In this document: positions 49,890 to 60,811 of the stretch, piece by piece
Layout: every line of letters starts with the position of its first letter
Numbering within the stretch: the first letter of the stretch is position 1
Assembly (NCBI GenBank): GCA_963840855.1
Contig: CAWJBB010000072.1
Coordinates: forward strand, 1-64,000
Source: an uncultured delta proteobacterium
GTDB lineage: Bacteria > Desulfobacterota > Binatia > UBA9968
Length of the DNA: 64,000 nt
Direction: 5' to 3'
Made by a program: the position numbers and the translations under genes
The notes under the pieces: model-generated
Databases searched by the model: none
What the model was told of the DNA's origin: nothing
The model's input: only the letters and a program-made list of their open reading frames with translations

Positions 49890-50665
49890 TGGCGCGACAG
49901 CATAGATCTTCGCTAGCTTTTGTTTCTCCGGTGATTGCCGTCGTCGTGTGGGAGCTGTTGGCGCTGGCGGGAGTCCTTCGAGCCAACTACGTCCCTCCAC
50001 CAAGCCAACTGGGACCTCACCTCGTCGGGCTTCTGGCCGGCGGTGAGCTGTGGCGCCATCTCGGCGTGACCTTATACAGACTTTCACTGAGCTTTTTATT
50101 TGCACTCATACCAGCCGTGCTCCTCGGCTTGAGCCTGGGAATGTCCCGTAGCCTGAGGTTGGCTCTTGAACCGATCCTCAATTCGCTCTATGCGATTCCG
50201 AAAATCGCGCTGCTGCCACTGGTGATGTTGGTATTAGGTGTCAACGAGCGCACGCTGATTTTCACATCCACGCTGACAAGCTTCGTGCAGATGACCGTGA
50301 GCACGACGGGCGGCGTGTTGGCGGTGGATCGCAGCATCTTAGAAGCGGGCAAAAACTACGGCGCCACAGGCTGGCGGTTATTCCGCTACGTTCTATTTCC
50401 CTCAGCCTTGCCTGATATTTTCACGGGCATGCGAATTGGATTGGGTCTTACTCTGGTGCTCGTGATCGCCGTTGAGCTGACAGCGGCGCAAGAAGGACTC
50501 GGCGCCTTCCTTTGGACGGCAGGCCAGACCTTTTCCGCGAAGGATATGTTCTCGGCCTTTGTCGTGATCGGCGCCCTCGGTTGGACTCTCACCTATGGCC
50601 TGGAACGAATCGGCCGGCGGCTCATGCCTTGGCAGCAGCGGTCGAGCGCTGCTATGTTCTTGTGA
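49889..50665 (+). CDS. ABC permease, second
   Basis: TAATG coupling; IPKIALLPL and ILEAGKNYGA. Confidence 0.9.
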   Translation: MARQHRSSLAFVSPVIAVVVWELLALAGVLRANYVPPPSQLGPHLVGLLAGGELWRHLGVTLYRLSLSFLFALIPAVLLGLSLGMSRSLRLALEPILNSLYAIPKIALLPLVMLVLGVNERTLIFTSTLTSFVQMTVSTTGGVLAVDRSILEAGKNYGATGWRLFRYVLFPSALPDIFTGMRIGLGLTLVLVIAVELTAAQEGLGAFLWTAGQTFSAKDMFSAFVVIGALGWTLTYGLERIGRRLMPWQQRSSAAMFL

Positions 50666-50698
50666 CGTGATGTTAATCTCTCTGCAGGAGGAAAATAC

Positions 50699-51877
50699 AT
50701 GAACCGGAACAAATCGTGCTGGGATCGGATAATAACCCCCTTACTAAGACAACTGTTAACAAAAACTCATCACAGGGTATTTCAATTGATGGCGTCATTC
50801 CCGCGGAAGCGGGAATCTAGGCTATTTCCCAAAAACGTCTGGATGCCCGCTTGCGCGGGCATGACGATCCCGTGGTCGGAGGCGAGGCTATTCCTCGGGA
50901 CGTTTTTAGCGACCGCGATCTGGCTCGGGATCGTCGGGTCGGTTTCGGCGCAATCCGTCGTGAAAATTGGTTTTGTTCCGTCCGAATCGTTTGCGCCGCT
51001 TTTCGTGGCGCACGAGCGCGGTCATTTCAAGGCGCAAGGTTTGACCACCGAGCTTGTGCGCTTGCCCAGCGGCGCGGCGATTCTCACCCAGGTTTCCACC
51101 GGAGATCTGCAAGTGGGCGGCGGCGCCTTCGGCGCGGCAGCATTCAACGCGGCGAATCAGAAGCTCCCGGTGGCGTTTGTCGCGCCTATGCATTTTGCCT
51201 ATGTCGAGGACTACCTCGTGGTTCGCAAAGCAGAGATAGACGCGGGCCGTTTCAAGATCGTGGCTGACTTGCGCGGCAAAGCCTGCGCCATCAATGCCAA
51301 AGGCGTGGCGACGGAATGGGTGCTAGACGAGGTGTTGAAACCGGGTGGACTCAGGATCGACAACGTCGACGTCAAGACCTTGCCATTCCCTGAAATGTTG
51401 CCTGCCCTGGACAATGGCGCCATCCACTGCGGCATCATCACGGAGCCATTCGCGACGCAGGCAGAGGAAAAAAACATAGGCGTGCGGCCGCTCAAGGCCA
51501 AGCCCGGAGCGAAGCCGGTTCCGATAACGGTGGCATTCTGGAATAGCGACTGGGCGAAAAAGAGTGATGCTGCTGCCAAAGCATTCATGAACGGTTATCT
51601 GCGCGCGGTAAGAGATCTGTCCGAGCTCAACGCTTGGAAAGCTCCCGTGCATACCGAGATCATCAGCAAACATACTGGCGTTGCCGCTGCCGTCTTGCTC
51701 AAGACGCGCGCGCCTGTCTTCAGTCCCAACCTGGAGCTTGAAGAGAAAGAAATGATGTCGCAGCAGGAGTTCAATCTGCGTCTTGGCTACTTGAAATATA
51801 AAGAGATGAAACCGATCAAAGAATTGGTTGACCTCTCCTATGCCGAAGCCGCGGTCAAGCAGGCGGGACGGAAATAA
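50699..51877 (+). CDS. ABC substrate-binding protein with in-frame palindromic insert
   Basis: AGGAGG RBS; APLFVAHERGHFKAQGL and ADLRGK; REP at 50793-50866. Confidence 0.85.
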   Translation: MNRNKSCWDRIITPLLRQLLTKTHHRVFQLMASFPRKRESRLFPKNVWMPACAGMTIPWSEARLFLGTFLATAIWLGIVGSVSAQSVVKIGFVPSESFAPLFVAHERGHFKAQGLTTELVRLPSGAAILTQVSTGDLQVGGGAFGAAAFNAANQKLPVAFVAPMHFAYVEDYLVVRKAEIDAGRFKIVADLRGKACAINAKGVATEWVLDEVLKPGGLRIDNVDVKTLPFPEMLPALDNGAIHCGIITEPFATQAEEKNIGVRPLKAKPGAKPVPITVAFWNSDWAKKSDAAAKAFMNGYLRAVRDLSELNAWKAPVHTEIISKHTGVAAAVLLKTRAPVFSPNLELEEKEMMSQQEFNLRLGYLKYKEMKPIKELVDLSYAEAAVKQAGRK

Positions 51878-51891
51878 AGCGATTAACCGCC

Positions 51892-52149
51892 ATGAGCCTT
51901 TACGAAGTCCAGAAGCTTCTGTTCCACGTTAATCGTGACCCGAAGACGTGGAATCGCTTCCTCGACGAGCGCGACAGACTGGTCGCTGAGTACCGGTTGA
52001 CGGATGACGAGCAGCACGCGGTCATGGAAATCGATTTCCGACGGCTTTACGAGATGGGAGTTCATTCGTTGCTGCTGGGTCCGCTGGCCGCGGCGCTTGG
52101 CATGAGCTTTCCCGATTATCTTGCAATCCTGCGGGGGAAACAGCCATGA
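51892..52149 (+). CDS. LigA-like small subunit of an extradiol dioxygenase
   Basis: MSLYEVQKLLF, YRLTDDE and LYEMGVH; ATGA overlap with the LigB-like gene. Confidence 0.78.
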   Translation: MSLYEVQKLLFHVNRDPKTWNRFLDERDRLVAEYRLTDDEQHAVMEIDFRRLYEMGVHSLLLGPLAAALGMSFPDYLAILRGKQP

Positions 52150-52985
52150 GCCTCGTCGGCGCCTTCGCGGCGAGCCATGCGCCTGGCATAACTGCGCGGC
52201 CCTCCCTGCCGCTCGCGGCCGAGTCGGATCCCATCTACCGCGCCTACGATGAACTACGCGCCCAGGTCGCGGCTGCTCAACCGGATGTATGGGTCATCGT
52301 CTCGTCCGAACACTGGGCGAATTTCTTTCTCGATAATATGCCCTCGTTTTGTGTCGGCATCTCCGACGAGTTCTTCGGACCGACGGACGAAAAGTTCGTC
52401 AATATTCCGCGCCGGGGCGTGCGCGGAGACGCGCGGCTGGCTCGCGCGCTCGCGGAGAGCGTTGCGGAAGAGGTGGACCTTTCAACTTCTCAGGAGTTGG
52501 CACTCGATCACGGCGTAATGCTCCCGCTCCACATGCTGCGAACCGAGCTGCCGGTGATTCCTATCATCGTTAATTGTCTTGCGGGCATCCCCGCGCCACT
52601 GCATCGTTGCCACGCGCTGGGAGCGGCAATCCGGCGCACGGTGGATCGCTGGCCGGAGCGCGTCGCGCTGCTGGGCAGCGGCGGGCTCTCGCACTGGCCG
52701 GCGATGCCGGAGTCGGGACGAATCGGAATCGACTTTGACCGGCGTTTTCTCGACGCGTTTATCGGTGGCCGGATCGAGGGCTTCTTGCGCTATCCCAAAG
52801 AGAAGCTTGAAGCAGAAGCCGGCCCAGGAGGGCATGAAATTCGCGCGTGGGTCACTGTCGCTGGGGCGGCGAACGGCGCCCGCGGATCATTGCTCGCCTA
52901 CCAACCCGTGCCCGCATGGTCGACCGGCTGCGCCGTCGCGGCGCTGCAGGTCGAAGCGGTGGTCAAACAGGCCGAACGGAAATAA
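52146..52985 (+). CDS. LigB/MhpB-like class III extradiol ring-cleavage dioxygenase
   Basis: ASHAP, EHWANFFLDNMPSF, LDHG, GGLSHW and EIRAW. Confidence 0.88.
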   Translation: MSLVGAFAASHAPGITARPSLPLAAESDPIYRAYDELRAQVAAAQPDVWVIVSSEHWANFFLDNMPSFCVGISDEFFGPTDEKFVNIPRRGVRGDARLARALAESVAEEVDLSTSQELALDHGVMLPLHMLRTELPVIPIIVNCLAGIPAPLHRCHALGAAIRRTVDRWPERVALLGSGGLSHWPAMPESGRIGIDFDRRFLDAFIGGRIEGFLRYPKEKLEAEAGPGGHEIRAWVTVAGAANGARGSLLAYQPVPAWSTGCAVAALQVEAVVKQAERK

Positions 52986-53013
52986 CAAACGGGACTTCAT
53001 GCTTCCGGGAGAC

Positions 53014-53102
53014 TCACCGCGGAGGCGCTGAGGACGCTGAGGAAAGAATTTTATCCTTAGGAAATATTCCGAACTCTGCGAACTCGGCGTCTCTGTGGTG
53101 AA
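53014..53102. repeat. Intergenic imperfect palindrome
   Basis: tcaccgcggaggcgctgagg...ctcggcgtctctgtggtga. Confidence 0.6.
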
Positions 53103-53132
53103 TTACGATCCGGAGAATTAAGAGGAGCGGCA

Positions 53133-54804
53133 ATGCGCGTCTACGAAGCCATCGGTGAAACGTTAAAGAAACTCGAAGTGCAGGCGACGTTTGGCCTGAT
53201 GGGTGACGGCAATCTGCGCTTTATGACTCACCTGGCGCACGATTTGGATATGCCATACTACGCTGCCCGGCACGAAGGAGGAGCGGTGGCGATGGCCGAC
53301 GGCTACGCGCGCGTGACCGGTCGGGTGGGCGTATGCAGCGTCACGCAAGGGCCGGGAGTGACCAACACGCTGACGGCGCTGACCGAGGCGCGCAAAGCCG
53401 GCTCGCCTCTTCTGCTGCTCGCCGGCGACTCGCCGATCCGATTCGTGCGCCACAATCAGGATGTCGATCAGACGGCGATCTTTAATTCGGTGGGAGTGGC
53501 AGTTGAGCGAGTGCGCACAGCCCGATACCGTCATCGCCGATGTCGCCCGCGCGTTCAATCGAGCGTGGGCGTCGCAGCGCCCGGTCGCCATGCAATTTCC
53601 CACCGACATGCAAGATCTGCCGTGCGATGAAACTGCGCTCCAGGCGGTGTCCGCGCAGCGTCCGCCCGCCAGCCTCCCGCCACCGGAAGCCATCAAGTTG
53701 GCCGCCGATCTCGTTGCCGCTGCCAAGCGGCCGGCGATCATCGCCGGGCGCGGCGCGGTCCGCGCTGGCGCGAGACAGGCGCTCGAACAGTTGGCGGAAC
53801 AGATCGGCGCGATCCTGGCAACGACGGCTCAGGCCAAGGGCTTGTTTGCCGGCAATCCTTTCTACGTCGGCAGCTCCGGCGGCTTCGCTTCGTCACTCGG
53901 TGAAAGGCTGATACCCGAAGCGGATCTGATTTTGGCGTTCGGCGCGAGCCTCAATCACTGGACGACTCGGAACCGCGAACTGTATGCCGCGTCCGCGCGC
54001 ATCATCCACTGTGACGTGGAGCGCGCGGCCATCGGCGCCCTTACGCCGGTTGACCTTGGTTTGGCGGGCGACGCTGCCGCCAGCGCCGAAGCGCTGAGCG
54101 AGGAACTGGCCCGCCGCGGACACAACGCGATTGGTTTTCGCACGGCCGAAATCAGGCGCGAGATTAAGGAGTTTCGTCTCGACGACTTCGAGGATCAAAG
54201 CAACGGCCACACCATCGACCCGCGCGCGCTGATGCTGAAGCTCGATCAGATGCTGCCCCGCGAGCGTACGGTGGTGCTCGACAGCGGCCATTGCATGGGT
54301 TGGGCCGCCGTCTACCTCTCGGCGCCCGACGCCGCGGGCTTCATTTTTTCCAACGACTACCAAGCCGTCGGCCTGGGGTTGGGAACCGCCTTTGGCGCCG
54401 CCATCGCCCGCCCCGACCGTCTAACCGTTTTAACACCGGGAGACGGCGGACTCATGATGACTCTCGGCGAGCTGGAGACCTTCGTGCGCTACAACGTCCC
54501 TTTACTTGCGATCGTCATCAACGATGCAGCATACGGCGCCGAGGTCCATCTGCTGCAAAATGTCGGACTGTCATCGGACGGCGCTCTGTTTCGCGATAAT
54601 GACTTTGCTGCCATCGCAACTGCGATGGGCGCGCAGGGGATTACTGTCCGCGATATTACGGATCTCGACCGGCTTCGGCCGTGGCTCGATCATCCGCACG
54701 GCGCAATGGTCGTCGATTGCAAGGTGGACCCGCAACTGCGCGGCGAATGGTTCGGCAAAGTCTTCGCGCCCGGCGGTTGGTATCAGCGCATGTGCGGCCA
54801 TTAG
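53133..54804 (+). CDS. ThDP-dependent enzyme, acetolactate synthase-like (frameshift near 53520)
   Basis: ARHEGGAVAMADGYAR, GPGVTN and GDGG...ND motif. Confidence 0.88.
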
Positions 54805-54903
54805 TCGATTTTGGATCGACGATCCTTCGGCTTCGCTCAGGACAGGTTTTGGATTTTCGATTGAAGACGGCTGTTCAAACCGTCAAATCGCCTGATAACC
54901 GGC

Positions 54904-55353
54904 TCAACACTGCCGCAGGTAGCCAGTGGGAGTGAGAACAGCCAGCCGGGTACGACGAGAAAAGTCCTTCGTATTCCAAGTAACAATGGCCTCGGCGTTA
55001 TAATTTTCGGCATCCCTTAAGAGTAAGGCGTCGCCAAAGCTCATCTTCTTCGCGATAGCGACTGTGACTTCTTTAACAAAATCGTGCCACCACGCCTCAG
55101 CATCTTTCTGACTGAGGCCGTGCACATTGATGACGTGAACAGGGTAAATTGTGTCAAACCGAAAGAGCCAATCGTCCAACTCGCCGGCAGAGAGCCTGTG
55201 AGAAGCACCCCCGCAGACTTCCAACAGAGTCAGTATGGAAATGGCAGCGTCGAGAAAAGGAAGCTTTTCGATAAAGCTCCGGTTCTGTGAGTAGAGAGCG
55301 TCCCGTGGATAAAATCGATCGATGATGAAGACATTGCTATCGACGAAGACCAA
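54904..55353 (-). CDS. PIN-domain (VapC-like) toxin
   Basis: FVDSNVFI, TLLEV, GDALL and TWNTKDF. Confidence 0.82.
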   Translation of the reverse strand: MVFVDSNVFIIDRFYPRDALYSQNRSFIEKLPFLDAAISILTLLEVCGGASHRLSAGELDDWLFRFDTIYPVHVINVHGLSQKDAEAWWHDFVKEVTVAIAKKMSFGDALLLRDAENYNAEAIVTWNTKDFSRRTRLAVLTPTGYLRQC

Positions 55354-55687
55354 AGCGGTCCCCTTTCACGAACCGATCCATTTCCTGCCAAGTCTTAAAT
55401 GGAAGGGCTCTTCTAATTTTCTCGCTAATCCGTTCGAATCTTCGTCGGGCAACCTCCGGGCTCTCCGATTTGAGCTCCGGATGCTTAGCGAGAATACTTT
55501 CCTTGAGGCTATCGTAGAGACTGGTCGGATACCGTTCATCAGCCTCGACATCCCGTCGCTCATACCGTTTGAGCGTGGCCACAGGCTTTCCCCGGCGCGT
55601 TACGACCACAGCCTTTCCCTTTTCGGCTTCACGAATCAACGCAGTTGTCTGGTTCTTAAGATCCCGTACGGTGGCGAACTTGGCCAT
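55337..55687 (-). CDS. Phd/YefM-family antitoxin
   Basis: TVRDLKNQT and VVVTRRGKPVA; overlaps the PIN start. Confidence 0.85.
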   Translation of the reverse strand: MAKFATVRDLKNQTTALIREAEKGKAVVVTRRGKPVATLKRYERRDVEADERYPTSLYDSLKESILAKHPELKSESPEVARRRFERISEKIRRALPFKTWQEMDRFVKGDRFGLRR

Positions 55688-55854
55688 GATTCCTCCTCAA
55701 TGTAGCAACCAAGATAGCAACACTAAATGAGGGGGTCAATGAACCCGACGACCTCGTGGGCATTTTTCCCTTTTAAAATCAGAGAATCATATTCGCCTTG
55801 ACCGCCGTAATCACCTGACGTAAAAGTCAGCTCAGCACGGTCCGATCGTATTTT

Positions 55855-58803
55855 ATGGCTGCCACCACCAAGAAAGGTTCCCGAAAAACCAAGCCAAAAC
55901 CACGCTGCACCGGTGGTGAAAAAGTCTCAGCCAAAACAAGCAGAAAATATTCAGTCATTGCGGCGCGAGCGTGACGAGTCACTCGCGCGGGAGGCGGCGA
56001 CGGGCGATATCCTGCGGATGATCGCCCGCGCGCCAGCAGATCTTCAATCTGTGCTCGATGCGATTGCCGAGCGAGCGGCGAGACTCTGTGACGCGGCAGA
56101 TGCTGCCATCTTTCGCGTCGATGGCAATTTTAACGTTTAGTTGCGCACTTTGGACCGATCCCCTTGGTAGTCACTCTGGGTGAGGGCCGCGTCATCGATC
56201 GTGACACGCCCCCTGGCCGAGCGATTGTCGATCGCCAGACGATCCATGTACCCGACCTCGTGGCGGCGGAGACTGAATTCCCGAGTGCGGGAGGCTTAAG
56301 GACGGCCGTTCGCACTTTACTAGCTACGCCATTGCTCCGCGAAGGCGTCCCGATCGGAGTAATTCATATCCGCCGCACCGAAGTTCGGCCATTCTCGGAA
56401 AAGCAAATCGCTCTCCTTCAGACTTTCGCCGATCAAGCGGTGATTGCGATTGAGAATTCGCGATTGTTTCAGGAACTCACGCATAAAAGCGCAGATCTCG
56501 AAACCACCAACTCAGAACTTCGCGAGGCTCTGGAGCAGCAGACCGCAACGAGCGAGATCCTGCGCGTGATCGCTAGCTCGCCAACGGATTTGCAGCCAGT
56601 GCTGGATGCCGTTGCGGAGAATGCCGCGCGGGTCTGTGGTGCGAACGATTCCTTGATCCGCCTCGTGGATGGCGATGCTCTGCGACATGTGTCGCAGTAC
56701 GGGTATCTGCCGACCTTTCCGCGGGGTGAGTCCAGGCCCCTTGTGCGAGGGTGGATATCCGGGCGGGCGGTAATCGACCGCCAAACTATCCACATCCATG
56801 ACGTCGCGGCGGAGTCTGAGGGCGAGTTCCCCGACTCCATGGCCCTCCAGCAACGTTACGACTTTCGCACCGTCCTCGCCACGCCGTTGTTGCGTGAGGG
56901 TGTCCCGATTGGGGCCATTACGATTCGGCGCGCCGAGGTCAACCCCTTCTCAGAAAAGCAGATCGCACTTCTCAAAACCTTCGCCGACCAAGCGGTGATC
57001 GCGATTGAGAACGTGCGGCTGTTCAAGGAGATCCAGGAGCGCAACGCAGAATTGCGCGAGGCGCTGGAGCATCAGACGGCAACGGCCGAGGTGCTCGGCA
57101 TCATCAGCCGCTCGCCAACGGATGTACAGCCGGTCCTCGACTCCATCGTCGAGAGCGCCGCCCGGGTTTGTGGGATCGACGACGTCCTGCTGCGACTTCG
57201 CGAGGGGAGCGCTATGGTTGCACGGGCTCATTTTGGTCCCGTACCAAGCCAGCGCTTTGAGATCGGTATTGATGAGCCAGAGTATCTCTGGGTGCGCGAA
57301 CACGGCACGCTCCACGTTCCCGATGTTCGCGCGCAAAATGATTTTCCGCGATTGGGTGCCACCGGCAGCTGGCGCACTTTCTTGGCCGTCCCCTTACGTC
57401 AGCAGGGAGAACTCATTGGAGGACTGATCGCGCGTCGGACCGAGGTACGCCCCTTCACCCCGGCGCAGATCAAGCTCCTCGAAACCTTTGCTGATCAGGC
57501 GGTCATCGCGATCGAGAACGTGCGACTCTTCCAAGAACTCGAAGCACGAACGCGCGAGCTAGTGCAATCGGTTGGGGAACTGAAAGCGCTGGGCGAGGTT
57601 GGCCAAGCCGTCAGCTCTACTCTCGATCTTCAGACCGTGCTTAGCGCCATCGTTGGCCACTGCGGTTCAGCTCTCCGGAACCAGTGGCGGTGTTATCTAC
57701 GAGTTCGACGAAGCTGCGCAAGAGTTTCACCTCAGGGCGAGTTTTCGCATGGAGGGGGAGATAGTTCAGGCGCTTCAGGTGACACCGGTCCGTCCGGGGC
57801 AAGGCGCGACGGGGCAAATGGCGACGGTTCGTGCGCCAGTTCAAGTGCCGGACATTTTAGAGGAGCGAGAATATACGGGTACTCGCGTGCGGCCCATGCT
57901 TGCACGTCTCGGCTATCGATCTGTTCTGGCGGTTCCGCTGCTGCGCGAGGATCGGATCATGGGCGCCTTGACGGTCTGGCGCAAGGAAGCTGGCAACTTC
58001 TCAACCGAAGTGGTGAATCTCCTCCAAACCTTCGCCACCCAATCCGCCTTGGCGATCCAAAACGCCCGGCTGTTCCGTGAGATCGAGGATAAGAGCCGGC
58101 AGATCGAAGCGGCTAATCGCCACAAGTCGGAGTTCCTCGCCAACATGTCCCATGAGCTGCGCACGCCGCTCAACGCCATCATCGGCTTCTCTGAAGTCTT
58201 GGGCGAGAGATTGTTCGGCGAGCTAAACGAGAAACAAGCCGAGTACACCGACGACATCCTCTCTTCCGGCCGCCATCTGTTATCCCTGATCAATGAGATT
58301 CTCGATCTCTCCAAGGTCGAGGCCGGCCGCATGGAGCTGGAACTGGCTGCGTTCGATCTCCCCTTGGCTATAGACAACGCGCGCACCTTTGTGCGCGAGC
58401 GCGCCACCAGGCATGGCATCACGCTCGACGTTGCGGTTGACGACCGTCTTGGCGAGTTCGTCGGCGACGAGCGCAAGATCAAGCAGATTCTTCTCAATCT
58501 GCTTTCCAACGCAGTGAAGTTCACACCGGAGGGAGGGCGGATCGGGATTGAAGCCAGGCAGGCCGACGGTGTCTGTGGAGATATCAGTCAGTGACACCGG
58601 CATCGGCATCGCGCCGGAGGACCAGCCAAAGATCTTCGAGGAATTTCGCCAGGTGGGAGCGGACTATGCGCACAAGAGCGAGGGGACGGGACTGGGGTTA
58701 ACGTTGGCCAAGAAGTTCGTCGAACTGCATGGCGGGAAGGATCTGGGTGGAAAGCGAAGTTGGCAAGGGCAGTAAGTTCACGTTCACGCTGCCACTCCAG
58801 TGA
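55855..58803 (+). CDS. Cytoplasmic histidine kinase with four GAF domains (several frameshifts)
   Basis: Repeated [12 protein letters not shown]; [29 protein letters not shown] and GTGLGL; start uncertain. Confidence 0.85.
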
Positions 58804-59030
58804 TTTTGGATTTTAGATTGCCGATTTTGGATTGGGGAACCGGAAAAATCATTGCTCGCGCAAAGCATGTCCTGAGCCTGGTCGAAGGGGTGCCAACGTG
58901 AGGGGCAGAAGCCCGTCATCCCGAGCGAATGCGAGGGATCTAAGAAAGATTTCTCCCGTTGGTCGAAATGACAACGGTTTTTCATTGCGAGCTTGGCGTC
59001 CCTCGACTCGGCTCTGGAATGCTTGGGGCG
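58804..59030. repeat. Composite REP cluster (heptamer gattttg run plus palindromes)
   Basis: ttttggattttagattgccgattttggattg, cctgagcctggtcgaagg and a cgtcatcccgagcgaatgcgag copy. Confidence 0.75.
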
Positions 59031-59057
59031 ATAAACTTTCTTGAGAGGGAGAAAAAA

Positions 59058-59535
59058 ATGTCTCTACAGGTGAAGCGCGAGAATGTGCCGGAGAAAAAGG
59101 TGGTGCTCAAGACCGGAGAGGGCGAAGGCTCTATGATCATTCGGCAGGCCTTCGGTAACGAGAGCAGTCTCCTGGTCGTGTCGAGACCGCCGGGCTATCA
59201 TACCAGGCCGCACATGCACGCTTCGGAGCAGATTAATCATGTGCTCGAAGGCGAAATCTGGTTCTTCGTGGAAGACAGAGGTTACCACTGTAAAAAGGGG
59301 ACTTTCACGCATCCCGGCGAATCGCGTCCACTGGGCGTGGAATCGTTCCAACGCCGTCACCACGGTAGTCGAATCTCATTCGCCGCCGCTGGTCGGCGGT
59401 GATCTCCGAGAAGGGGCAGCAGCGCTTTTCGATGAAAATGAAAGGCCGCAACTGAGAGCGGAAGGTGAAAACAAGTTTGTCGCTTACGATTCGGAGAAAG
59501 TGGAACGGCAATATTTTTCCGATAAGAAAGAATAA
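59058..59535 (+). CDS. Cupin-domain protein (frameshift near 59303)
   Basis: YHTRPHMHASEQ...LEGE; RIPANRVHW in the second frame. Confidence 0.82.
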
Positions 59536-59639
59536 GCAACGAATTTGCGAGCGGTGACTTTTAAAGTCCTCATTGGGAATGTTTGAAATCCCTCTTCATC
59601 AGGCGAAACAATTTTCAGCGAAATGTTTGCGAGGCGAAC

Positions 59640-60797
59640 ATGAGCAGTGTTTGCGGCAATAGGGTTAACCCAAATCGTCATGCCCCCGCGGAAGGCGGGC
59701 ATCCAGGTGGTTCTGGGAGAGAACTGGATTTCCGCTTTCGCGGGAATGACGGCAGGGGCATTTTTCGGTCGGTTTCAAGCCCGCATCTCTTAAATTCCTC
59801 GGCTTACAGTCTGAGGTGGTTTAAATTGCTTTTGCTTGCCTCCTTCGTCGGTGGCTTTTGGTGGGACGTTGGCACCGCTCAAGAGCTGAAGCGCCTTCGC
59901 TACGGCACGACGATCAGCACCGTCAATTTACCGGTCTGGGTTGCCAAAGAAAGCCGTCTGTTCGCCAAGTACGGGCTCGACCCTGAAGTGATTATGATTC
60001 AGGCCGGCGCTTTGACGACCTTGGCGATTATCAGCGGGGAGTTGCAGTTCTCCGGCGCCGGCGCCGCGTCGGTTCTGGCGGCGCGGATCAAAGGCGGTGA
60101 TATTGCCCTCGTGGCATGTCCGGCGGATTCGGATCTTGTTTATCTCGTGGCTCGGCCGGAGATAAAAAGCGCCGCCGAGCTCAAAGGAAAATCGAGCGCG
60201 GTGACCCGTCTGGGTTCGACGACTCATTTCTATCTGCGCTCGGCGCTCAAGTACGCGGGGCTTAATGCCGAAAAAGATGTCACGATCCTCCAGCTCGGCA
60301 CTGAATACGCTGCGGCGTTGGAAACGGGAAGGATTGCCGCCGCGGCGTTGCCCTTCGATCTCGCGTTGCCCTATTTGCAGAAAGGCTGGCCGGTGCTGCT
60401 GGATTTATCCAAGACCGATTTCGTCTATCCCGCCTCTTGCGTGGTGAGCAGCCGGGCCTTTGTGAAGGAGAATCCTGATATCGTGGAACGATTTCTCAAA
60501 GCGTACGTCGAAGCGATCCATCTAATGAAAAAGGATCACAGCGCCGGCGAAAGAGCCTATATCAAGTGGCTCAAACCGAAAGACCCGCTGCTTGCCAAGA
60601 AGGCGGTGGAAGCCTACGCGAACTTATTCAAGCCGATTCCGCGCGTCACCGATCGAGGCATCAAGGCGGTCCTGGAGGAGCTCGCGTCATCGACGCCCGT
60701 GCCGAAAGAGATGATCGACCGTCCGGATTACTTCCGAGACAGCGGACCGTTGGAAAAACTCGTCGCGAGCGGCTGGATCGAGCAACTCAGGAAATAG
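59640..60797 (+). CDS. ABC substrate-binding protein (SsuA/NMT1-like) with in-frame palindromic insert
   Basis: LPVWVAKESRLFAKYGLD and ELKGK...TRLGSTT; GAGG RBS; REP at 59676-59751. Confidence 0.85.
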   Translation: MSSVCGNRVNPNRHAPAEGGHPGGSGRELDFRFRGNDGRGIFRSVSSPHLLNSSAYSLRWFKLLLLASFVGGFWWDVGTAQELKRLRYGTTISTVNLPVWVAKESRLFAKYGLDPEVIMIQAGALTTLAIISGELQFSGAGAASVLAARIKGGDIALVACPADSDLVYLVARPEIKSAAELKGKSSAVTRLGSTTHFYLRSALKYAGLNAEKDVTILQLGTEYAAALETGRIAAAALPFDLALPYLQKGWPVLLDLSKTDFVYPASCVVSSRAFVKENPDIVERFLKAYVEAIHLMKKDHSAGERAYIKWLKPKDPLLAKKAVEAYANLFKPIPRVTDRGIKAVLEELASSTPVPKEMIDRPDYFRDSGPLEKLVASGWIEQLRK

Positions 60798-60811
60798 TGC
60801 TGTAATTCCTA

